A program made the position numbers and the translations under genes. DNA of 64,000 nt from Candidatus Zambryskibacteria bacterium CG10_big_fil_rev_8_21_14_0_10_42_12 (GTDB taxonomy: Bacteria > Patescibacteriota > Minisyncoccia > Phycocordibacterales > 1-14-0-10-42-12), in contig PCXL01000011.1 of the NCBI GenBank assembly GCA_002787695.1, forward strand, positions 61,155 through 125,154. Direction: 5' to 3'. Below are positions 36,497 through 43,744 of this stretch, one piece after another. Each line of letters starts with the position of its first letter. The first letter of the stretch is position 1. A model generated the notes under the pieces. That model did not search any database, was not told where the DNA came from, and worked only from the letters and a program-made list of their open reading frames with translations.

Positions 36497-37156
36497 ATGC
36501 GGAAAGGGGTAGTACTGGTTATCTTGTTGTCTCTTGTCGCAACCATTGTTTTTGGATGGTTGTGGTGGAAGACGACCAAGGTCACGCAGGAAGTCGACAG
36601 AGAGATACGTAGGTTGAGAGAGGATATACAACAATCGGAACAGGAATCACGTATAGAAGCTTTTGTCTCGTCGCAGACACAGGCTTTGACGGAAGCACAC
36701 ACGACCGATATGCGTGGACTGCGACAAGAGTTGGCTCAGAATCGACAAGAACTAGAGCGGATAGTGAAGGAGGTGGAAACTCAGAAGGCACTGATTGCCG
36801 AGCGCACTACTCGACAGGAAGTCCAAAAGGAAATAGACGCAAGAGCGAGTATCTTGGCAGATCGTCTCAAGCAGCTCGCTATACGTGTGCTCGATCTCAG
36901 TCGTCGTGTGCAAGAAAATCTGCAACTTGCTCTTGAAGCCAAAGGTGCTTTGGCGGAATTGCAAGACCATGTGCGACGTATAAAACAGGTGACCGATGAC
37001 AACACGCATGAGATACAGGAATTAAATCAAATGCATACATACCGGATTCGGACTGCCTGTGTGCTTGGATACAGCAATGATCCGGATCTTGTGCTGCGTG
37101 CGGAGCGTGTTCGCCTGTCACCTGCGGAGTTTTGTGAACAATTTTTGTCGCAATAG
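36497..37156 (+). CDS. Hypothetical membrane-anchored coiled-coil protein (GC-rich)
   Basis: N-terminal TM VVLVILLSLVATIVFGWLWW followed by about 150 aa of coiled-coil-like sequence. Confidence 0.5.
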   Translation: MRKGVVLVILLSLVATIVFGWLWWKTTKVTQEVDREIRRLREDIQQSEQESRIEAFVSSQTQALTEAHTTDMRGLRQELAQNRQELERIVKEVETQKALIAERTTRQEVQKEIDARASILADRLKQLAIRVLDLSRRVQENLQLALEAKGALAELQDHVRRIKQVTDDNTHEIQELNQMHTYRIRTACVLGYSNDPDLVLRAERVRLSPAEFCEQFLSQ

Positions 37157-37339
37157 CGACTTTCGTCGAGGAGAAGCGCTCCTCGACGAGTTTTTAATGT
37201 TTGTCAAAAAAGCAAAAATAAGCATACAATAGGGACTGCTTGTCCGGGTGATGGAATCCCAAGTAGCAAAGCGAAGCTTACTACGGGACGGGTTGGTAAC
37301 ATAGGAAAAATTACTGAGTGTTGTTTAATAATTTGGAAT

Positions 37340-37421
37340 GCCCGGGTGGCGGAACTGGTATACGCGCACGACTTAAAATCGTGTTCCGAAAGGGGTGCGG
37401 GTTCGATTCCCGCCCCGGGCA
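37340..37421 (+). tRNA. tRNA-Leu (anticodon TAA), type II
   Basis: GCCCGGGTGGCGGAACTGGTATACGCGCACGACTTAAAATCGTGTTCCGAAAGGGGTGCGGGTTCGATTCCCGCCCCGGGCA. Confidence 0.85.
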
Positions 37422-37610
37422 CAAGAATAAAAGAACTGGGCACGAATGTGTCTCGTGATTTTTATTCTCGCCTCGGGCGGGAATCGAAAGCCGGAGCGCG
37501 CGAAGCCGACCGTAGGTCGTGTGCGAGGCGGGGTCGCGACCTCCGTCGTGAAGATTTACCCAGCACTTATAACATAAGTGCTGGGTTTATCGAAACAGGA
37601 GAGTTGTGAC

Positions 37611-37628
37611 CGATTCCCGCCCCGGGCA
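37611..37628 (+). repeat. 18-nt direct repeat of the tRNA-Leu(TAA) 3' end (CGATTCCCGCCCCGGGCA)
   Basis: Identical to 37404-37421. The 190-bp segment between them contains hairpins and a partial inverted copy of the T-arm (GCGGGAATCGAA). Confidence 0.8.
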
Positions 37629-37677
37629 TCATATAAAAAGGAAATGCCCTCGCGGATGCGAGGGGCTTTATGGGGGA

Positions 37678-37851
37678 CTATGCAGCGTTGGCTGTCTCTC
37701 GGGCCAAAATAAGTTTTGGCCCGACTGGCTTGAGTTCACCACGTTTACCTATTTCAACATGGGTGAAATTTGCGAGCGTGATTAGGGCTCCTGGATTCAT
37801 GGCGACCAGGACGTCAATGACATCGTTAACAGGATAGACGCCAGGTTTCAT
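37678..37851 (-). CDS. Small hypothetical protein (57 aa) with its own hairpin terminator
   Basis: MKPGVYPVNDVIDVLVAMNPGALITLANFTHVEIGKRGELKPVGPKLILARETANAA. The stop is followed on the minus strand by GCCCCTCGCATCCGCGAGGGC plus a T-run. Confidence 0.3.
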   Translation of the reverse strand: MKPGVYPVNDVIDVLVAMNPGALITLANFTHVEIGKRGELKPVGPKLILARETANAA

Positions 37852-37988
37852 TTATATTGTTACTCCATACGAAAGATCGGGCCGAGAGTATTTTTATCAT
37901 ATCCTCGTATATATGCAACATAACGCATTCATGCATGCTTCATATGTAGACTGGGGGCGTCCTTTTTGTTATATTTCTTTTGTTTTAA

Positions 37989-38061
37989 CCGCCCATAGCT
38001 CAGTTGGTAGAGCAGTCGCCTCTTAAGCGAACGGTCGTAGGTTCGAATCCTACTGGGCGGA
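37989..38061 (+). tRNA. tRNA-Lys (anticodon CTT)
   Basis: CCGCCCATAGCTCAGTTGGTAGAGCAGTCGCCTCTTAAGCGAACGGTCGTAGGTTCGAATCCTACTGGGCGGA. It has anticodon loop CTCTTAA and an unusual C1:G72. Confidence 0.75.
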
Positions 38062-38076
38062 TGTAATTTAACTCTC

Positions 38077-38784
38077 GTGCTAATGTTTTTTATATTAATA
38101 TATGGTATACGCTATATGCCTTACAATATTAAATACTACAAAACATATCAGTGGAGTAAAAAGTTGGCATATATAATTGGACTTATTGCAACAGATGGAA
38201 GTCTGTCTGTTGACGAGCGTCATATTGATTTTACATCTAAAGATTTAGAGCTTATCAAAATTTTTAAAGATTGTCTGAAACTTTCAAATAAAATAGGTAT
38301 TAAGAAGAGCGGCACAAACAGAGTTTGTTTTTGTATACAATTTGGTAACAAGAATTTTTACAACTTTCTAAATTCTATAGGGATTTATAAGGCTAAATCC
38401 AAAACTATAAAAAGGATTGATATACCTAATAAATATTTTCCACATTTTTTACGTGGCTGTTTGGATGGCGATGGTAATATTGATTTATACAAACATGCAC
38501 AAAGTCAATATATGCAAATTAGATTTAGATTTGCATCTGCGAGTAAACCATTTCTAGAATGGATATTACAGGTATTAAAAATAAAATATAGTATTGAAGG
38601 AGGTTGGATTTATAGTCAAAAAAATAAATCAACCCATGTTTTAGTCTTTGGTAAGACAGACACTTTGAAAATTGGAAAAATCATGTATCATGACCATGCG
38701 AACTTATGCTTACAAAGGAAGTTTGCAAAATATAAACAATGGGCAAGTGGCGGAATTGGTATACGCGCTAGTCTTAGGAACTAG
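38077..38784 (+). CDS. LAGLIDADG homing endonuclease (double-motif), AT-rich; 3' end overlaps tRNA-Leu(TAG) by about 44 nt
   Basis: Two LAGLIDADG motifs, LAYIIGLIATDGSLS and FLRGCLDGDGNID. About 28% GC. It lies between tRNA-Lys and tRNA-Leu(TAG). Confidence 0.8.
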   Translation: MLMFFILIYGIRYMPYNIKYYKTYQWSKKLAYIIGLIATDGSLSVDERHIDFTSKDLELIKIFKDCLKLSNKIGIKKSGTNRVCFCIQFGNKNFYNFLNSIGIYKAKSKTIKRIDIPNKYFPHFLRGCLDGDGNIDLYKHAQSQYMQIRFRFASASKPFLEWILQVLKIKYSIEGGWIYSQKNKSTHVLVFGKTDTLKIGKIMYHDHANLCLQRKFAKYKQWASGGIGIRASLRN

Positions 38785-38822
38785 TGCCGCAAGGCTTGGG
38801 AGTTCGAGTCTCCCCTTGCCCA
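38741..38822 (+). tRNA. tRNA-Leu (anticodon TAG), type II
   Basis: GGGCAAGTGGCGGAATTGGTATACGCGCTAGTCTTAGGAACTAGTGCCGCAAGGCTTGGGAGTTCGAGTCTCCCCTTGCCCA. Confidence 0.85.
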
Positions 38823-38950
38823 CAGTGAGTTTTCGAACGAGGACAAGGACTAGCTTGTGATAACAAGCGTTAGTCTGACTCGAAGCCTGTTTGAGATATT
38901 TTGTGAGCTGGCGAAACAAAATATCCAAACACGGGTACTGAACCTGTAAG

Positions 38951-38974
38951 GTTCGAGTCTCCCCTTGCCCACAG
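38951..38974 (+). repeat. 24-nt direct repeat of the tRNA-Leu(TAG) 3' end (GTTCGAGTCTCCCCTTGCCCACAG)
   Basis: Identical to 38802-38825. The intervening 125 bp contains the hairpin GATATTTTGT...ACAAAATATC and a partial anticodon/T-arm-like stretch. Confidence 0.8.
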
Positions 38975-38984
38975 AAATATTAAT

Positions 38985-39059
38985 TGGAGGCGTAGAGGGG
39001 AATCGAACCCCTGCATAACGGTTTTGCAGACCGTCGTGTTACCACTTCACCACTACGCC
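38985..39059 (-). tRNA. tRNA-Cys (anticodon GCA), CCA encoded
   Basis: Minus strand GGCGTAGTGGTGAAGTGGTAACACGACGGTCTGCAAAACCGTTATGCAGGGGTTCGATTCCCCTCTACGCCTCCA. Confidence 0.85.
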
Positions 39060-39430
39060 ATTGTATCTGTATCGGACTCCAGATTATCATGTTCTTTAGA
39101 AAGAAGCATGTCGATACGCTGTCTATTTTTCTCTCCTTGATCGATATGAAAATCAATAGAAGGGAGTCTCGCAACTTTATATTTTGATTTGAGAAATGTG
39201 ACAAAATCTCTCCTGTTTCTATTCGCAAATAATGAGGCTTGCTCTTCGTATGATTCAGGAAAGACGGTAAACATGACAGAAGCCTTTTTCTTATCGCTTG
39301 ATAAGAGTACGCGCGTCACGGTAATGAGAGATTTACGATTTGATTCTTGTTCAAAGAAAAGGGCTGCACTTTTTCTAATTGCTTCAGTCAGCTGTTCATC
39401 CTTTTTTGCTTTTTGTTCAGGTGTGAGCAT
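39053..39430 (-). CDS. rbfA: Ribosome-binding factor A
   Basis: KSLITVTRVLLSSDKKKASVMFTV resembles the RbfA KH-like core. Located immediately downstream of infB, the conserved gene order. Confidence 0.75.
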   Translation of the reverse strand: MLTPEQKAKKDEQLTEAIRKSAALFFEQESNRKSLITVTRVLLSSDKKKASVMFTVFPESYEEQASLFANRNRRDFVTFLKSKYKVARLPSIDFHIDQGEKNRQRIDMLLSKEHDNLESDTDTMA

Positions 39431-40935
39431 TACTTTATTTCAATGGTAAACCCTTCGAGCGTGTCACCTGTTGCAACTTCAACACGAGATTCGAGCATGA
39501 GGCCGCATTCGTCTCCAGTCTCTGCCTTGCTTGCTTTTTGCTTGGCCTTTTGAAGTTCTTTGATGACTCCTGTGCCTAGTTTATTATCTCTTCGGTAGAT
39601 GTTTACTCTTCCTCCCAATAGAATCTCGCCTTCTTCTACACGACCGCCAATCACCTGCTTTTCTTTAGTTTTGCTAAACAGTTTGAGAATTTTGAGTTTG
39701 CCAGAAGCGACCTCAGTTTCGCTACGAGGAATACGCTTGTTCAGTATTTCATCGAGGCGTTCTGCGAGTTTGTATATGATATCAAAGCTTTCAGTTATGA
39801 TACCGTATTGTTCCGCAGTTCTTTTGGCTGCCTGATCAATTGCTACATTAAAGCCAATGACGATACCAGGAACTTTGCCAGTTACGAGACGTATGTCATT
39901 TTCAGTGATTGTGCCGATACCTGTGTGAACTATTTTTGGGAACAGACGTTCTTCATCCCATTTTGAAATTTCAAACATCACTGCATCGATACTGCCCGCA
40001 GTGTCTGCTTTGATGGCAATCGGAACTTGCAATGCATCTGCCATTTTTTCGGTTGATTCCGAACGTATATCATGTGGTTTGGCTTTGTGTGACTCTGCTG
40101 CGACAAGGGCTTCTTTTTTAGAATCAAACGTTGTAAATGTGCTTCCAACCTGTGGTAATTCAGACCAGCCAACAATACGGACAGGACTCGAGAATGTCGC
40201 TTCATCAATTGTTTTGCCTAAAAAGTTTTCAATACGCCGAACGGGCACAAAGCTGTTGCCAGACTGAATCGCCTGACCTGTTTTGAGGGTGCCGTTTTTA
40301 ATGATGAGTGTTGCACTGATGCCCTTTTTGGGATCAAGGTTGGTTTCGATTATGGCACCTGTTGCTGGTATAGATGTATCACCGGACAAATCTTCCATCT
40401 CTGCAGTGAGGAGCACTAGATCTAAGAGATCCGAAATACCTTCTCCTGTTTTAGCAGATATCGCTGCATAAGAAATATTTCCACCGTAGCCCTCGACGTA
40501 GACGTTATGTTCAGCGAGTGACTGCTTTGTGTTATCTATGTTTGCGCCCGGTTTATCAATTTTGTTGATTGCAACAATAAAGGTCAGTCCTGCTTCTTGT
40601 ATACAATTGAGTGCGTCCAATGTCTGACGTTTTACACCGTCGTCAGCTGCGACAACAAGAATGGCAATATCGGCAGCCTTGGCTCCACGTGTGCGGACAG
40701 AAGAAAATGCTTCGTGACCTGGTGTATCTAAAAAGGTGATTCGCTCGGTCTTCCCGTGCTGATCCGTGTGTTCGACTTCGTAGCTTGAAATATGTTGTGT
40801 GATACCACCTGCTTCGGTTTCAGTGATATTGGTTTTGCGGATATGGTCAAGAAGCGTCGACTTGCCATGGTCGATGTGTCCAAAAATGCCAACTACAGGC
40901 GGTCGTTTTGATTTGTGTGCGGGTTCTGTTGTCAT
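39430..40935 (-). CDS. infB: Translation initiation factor IF-2 (short form lacking the N-terminal extension)
   Basis: GHIDHGKSTLLD (G1), DTPGHEAF (G3), NKIDK (G4). Confidence 0.9.
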   Translation of the reverse strand: MTTEPAHKSKRPPVVGIFGHIDHGKSTLLDHIRKTNITETEAGGITQHISSYEVEHTDQHGKTERITFLDTPGHEAFSSVRTRGAKAADIAILVVAADDGVKRQTLDALNCIQEAGLTFIVAINKIDKPGANIDNTKQSLAEHNVYVEGYGGNISYAAISAKTGEGISDLLDLVLLTAEMEDLSGDTSIPATGAIIETNLDPKKGISATLIIKNGTLKTGQAIQSGNSFVPVRRIENFLGKTIDEATFSSPVRIVGWSELPQVGSTFTTFDSKKEALVAAESHKAKPHDIRSESTEKMADALQVPIAIKADTAGSIDAVMFEISKWDEERLFPKIVHTGIGTITENDIRLVTGKVPGIVIGFNVAIDQAAKRTAEQYGIITESFDIIYKLAERLDEILNKRIPRSETEVASGKLKILKLFSKTKEKQVIGGRVEEGEILLGGRVNIYRRDNKLGTGVIKELQKAKQKASKAETGDECGLMLESRVEVATGDTLEGFTIEIK

Positions 40936-41005
40936 AAAAGATCAATTCGGAGGTTACCATAAAACAGCAGCTAATGCCACGTAATATATATGTTTTATGT
41001 TTGAT

Positions 41006-41518
41006 TTATGAGAGTTTTGCGCGGGCTTCTTTGATTGCCTGCTTCTCTTCATTGGTGAGTTCAAACGTCGAAGAAAACTTTGAAAGTGGTTTGCCAAAGA
41101 GACTGACTCGTTCTCTAGAATAGAGGCTAGAAACAACAACGCCAGTACCTTCTTCGTCTACGAAGGCTGCAGCAAAACTCTGGTTGCCACCGGACCCTGT
41201 TCCTTTAAATGGATTGAAGCGGACAAGGGAGGTGCCACGCATACTACCTTTCATGCGCGCATCTAAGTTGTTAAACATGTCAGTTGCTGAATCGCGCCAG
41301 TCATCTAGTTCGTTTACGGCTTCACAGAGATCGACAATTGTTTTTTCAAGAGATACTGCACCTTTGCCTCGAACAAGGCGCGAAACACGACGAGATAGAT
41401 ATATTACAAATCCGATGAGAATGATATTTATAATAATCAAAAGCGTCACCGCTAGTGTTAGGGGATTGTTTAGAATCTCAGATCCATAGAATGTTGCTGT
41501 GTCAGTAAATGAGTTCAT
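41006..41518 (-). CDS. DUF4446 family protein (N-terminal TM anchor)
   Basis: RFNPFKGTGSGGNQSFAAAFVDEEGTGVVVSSLYSRE...NEEKQAIKEA matches the DUF4446 pattern as I recall it. Confidence 0.5.
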   Translation of the reverse strand: MNSFTDTATFYGSEILNNPLTLAVTLLIIINIILIGFVIYLSRRVSRLVRGKGAVSLEKTIVDLCEAVNELDDWRDSATDMFNNLDARMKGSMRGTSLVRFNPFKGTGSGGNQSFAAAFVDEEGTGVVVSSLYSRERVSLFGKPLSKFSSTFELTNEEKQAIKEARAKLS

Positions 41519-41593
41519 CGTGAAGATTATGGCAAATCCCTTGACCTTTTACAAATGTGGTGTGGAGAAAAATATCGTGTATACTCCTTACGT

Positions 41594-42790
41594 ATGAAAT
41601 TCCCGTTTTTTCGTGGAGATAAAAAAAGGGTATATCTCGATTATGCATCGAGCACACCAATCGACCCTTCTGTGACTCGCATACTCACAGAGTCGTTTGC
41701 AGTGTTTTATAATCCCTCATCAATTCATAAAGAAGGTGTTCTCGCTCGAAACAAAATTGAGTTAGCACGAAGTGAGGCTGTCCGTTTTATCGACGCACAG
41801 CCGGATGAAATTATTTTTACTGGAAGCGGAACTGAATCGTGCGTACTTGCAATTCGAGGTGTGGTAGAGCAGGCGCGTTCTGTTGTGGGGAAGCCACATG
41901 TCATTACATCAATGATAGAACATGCATCAGTGCTCGAAACGATTAAAGATCTTGAAAGACGAGCTGTTATTCGCGCTACATATCTGCAACCAGATCATGA
42001 AGGAAGAATATCGGTAGATGACATAAAAGAGTCTATACAGGAAGACACTGTACTCATTTCTGTGATGATGGTAAATAATGAAGTGGGTACAATCGAGCCT
42101 ATAAAGGATATTGGATTGCTTGTGAGAAAGCATAAAAATGAAAAAGGATATCCGTTGTTCCATACGGACGCGTCTCAGGCGGTACTCTATAACGAAATAT
42201 CAGTATTGAAACTCCATACAGACCTGTTGACTCTCGATGGTATAAAGTGTCGCGGACCACGCGGTATAGGTTTGTTGTATGTTAAGCGCGGCATTCGACT
42301 CGCACCCGTGTTAACGGGAGGGGGACAAGAAAAAGGATTACGTTCAGGTACAGAAAATATTTCTGCAATATGTGGATTTGCGCATGCACTCACACAAGCA
42401 AAGCAAGAGAGAGAAGTGGAGACAAATCGTGTCGAGGAGGTGCGTGCATACGCAAAAATAAAGATAAAAAACGTGATTCCAAACGTTGTGTTTAATGAAA
42501 GCAAAACACACCATAGTCCTCATATCTTGAGTGTTTGTTTTCCTGCATGCGATGCTGAGTTCGTTGTTATTTCACTAGACGCTCTTGGTATTGCAGCTGC
42601 GTGGGGAAGTGCATGTAAAAGTATTCACGGAGACACGTCGTCATACGTTCTTGCCGCTATGGGCAAAGATGATTGTATGCAGTCATCAGTCCGCTTTTCC
42701 TTTGGAAAAGAAACGACAAAGAAAGATATTGATGCACTTTGTGATGCACTTGTAGAACTTGTCCACCGAAAAGTTATTACAACAACATAA
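41594..42790 (+). CDS. Aminotransferase class V / cysteine desulfurase-like PLP enzyme (SxHK motif is DGIK here)
   Basis: RVYLDYASSTPIDP, GSGTESCVLAIRG, HTDASQAV, and DGIKCRGPRGIGLLYV with the Lys retained and the His replaced. Confidence 0.7.
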   Translation: MKFPFFRGDKKRVYLDYASSTPIDPSVTRILTESFAVFYNPSSIHKEGVLARNKIELARSEAVRFIDAQPDEIIFTGSGTESCVLAIRGVVEQARSVVGKPHVITSMIEHASVLETIKDLERRAVIRATYLQPDHEGRISVDDIKESIQEDTVLISVMMVNNEVGTIEPIKDIGLLVRKHKNEKGYPLFHTDASQAVLYNEISVLKLHTDLLTLDGIKCRGPRGIGLLYVKRGIRLAPVLTGGGQEKGLRSGTENISAICGFAHALTQAKQEREVETNRVEEVRAYAKIKIKNVIPNVVFNESKTHHSPHILSVCFPACDAEFVVISLDALGIAAAWGSACKSIHGDTSSYVLAAMGKDDCMQSSVRFSFGKETTKKDIDALCDALVELVHRKVITTT

Positions 42791-42810
42791 TATTGTTATA
42801 ATACATACAC

Positions 42811-43620
42811 ATGGAAGAACTTAATCAACACCAACTTATTTTACTTGTACTCTTAGTGAGTTTTGTCACCTCTATAGGTACAGGAATCATTACGGTCTCT
42901 CTGCTCCAAGAAGCACCTCCGGTTGTGACATCTACCGTTAATCGCGTGGTTGAAAAAACAATTGAGACAGTCGTACAAGGTCCGTCAGAAAATAATGGAA
43001 ATAATAATACTGAAACGGTACGAGAGGTTACGGTAGTGGTAAACCAAGAAGATCTGGTAACTGAGTCAATTGCACAAAATTCTAAAAGTTTGGTACGCAT
43101 TTATGAGACACGACCACTTGGGAGCGAGCGTTTTTATGGTGTAGGAATTATGGTTCCGGGCGGAGTTATTTCCGGCATATCTTCACCGTATGATGGGTCA
43201 GCAAATTATAGAATCGAATATCCAGATGGTACCGAAACGCTTGTTACAAGGGTGCAAAATACAGCAGAAGAACAATTGGCTGCTTTTAAAATAACTGATG
43301 ATACGACTCATGCACCAGTGACGTTTGGTAATTCAGCTGCACTTAAACTCGGACAGACACTTATAACGATTGGTGGAGAATCGCAAAACGTGATATCTAT
43401 TGGCACGCTTTCGTCTCTCGTCACAGATGCAAGTGGTGTGCCAACAAGACTCGATCTTTCTATTGATGAAAAAGACTCTATAGCGGGTGCTCCTGTTATT
43501 ACATTACAGGGTAATATTGTAGGTATTCGTACACGCGAAACTCTCGCAGATGGAACGGTACGCGTGCGCTATATTCCTGCTCACGTTATTCAAAGTACGA
43601 TAGCTAAAATATCCAGTTAG
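42811..43620 (+). CDS. Membrane-anchored trypsin-like peptidase-domain protein, probably non-catalytic (no GNSGG serine motif)
   Basis: N-terminal TM. PDZ-less S1-like fold features GVGIMVPGGVISGISSPYDG and GAPVITLQGNIVGIRTRE. No His/Asp/Ser triad context found. Confidence 0.45.
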   Translation: MEELNQHQLILLVLLVSFVTSIGTGIITVSLLQEAPPVVTSTVNRVVEKTIETVVQGPSENNGNNNTETVREVTVVVNQEDLVTESIAQNSKSLVRIYETRPLGSERFYGVGIMVPGGVISGISSPYDGSANYRIEYPDGTETLVTRVQNTAEEQLAAFKITDDTTHAPVTFGNSAALKLGQTLITIGGESQNVISIGTLSSLVTDASGVPTRLDLSIDEKDSIAGAPVITLQGNIVGIRTRETLADGTVRVRYIPAHVIQSTIAKISS

Positions 43621-43744
43621 AAGGTTAGAATCCTATTGCATTTTATCAATTTTTGAAGTATAATTTGCCCATCAGTTGGTGCACATTGACTGTTTTTCAT
43701 CATTTCTACACGGGACAACTGGATAATTTAAAACGTATACATAT

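Noticed and set aside
32567-37628. Classic integrase-bearing genomic island at tRNA-Leu(TAA)
   Set aside because: No integrase, excisionase or transposase gene is present in or next to the island. The tRNA-end direct repeat encloses only 190 bp on the other side of the tRNA. The island is therefore flagged by composition only.
37989-38822. Group I intron-containing tRNA hosting the LAGLIDADG ORF
   Set aside because: Both flanking tRNAs (Lys-CTT and Leu-TAG) fold as complete cloverleafs with their own acceptor stems, so the ORF is not inside a split tRNA. I could not verify intron core elements (P3-P7) by eye, so an intron elsewhere is not fully excluded.
41594-42790. Inactive cysteine desulfurase, because the SGHK motif reads DGIK
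   Set aside because: The PLP-binding lysine is retained, and other class V motifs are intact. A His-to-Ile change alone is insufficient to call loss of function without alignment.
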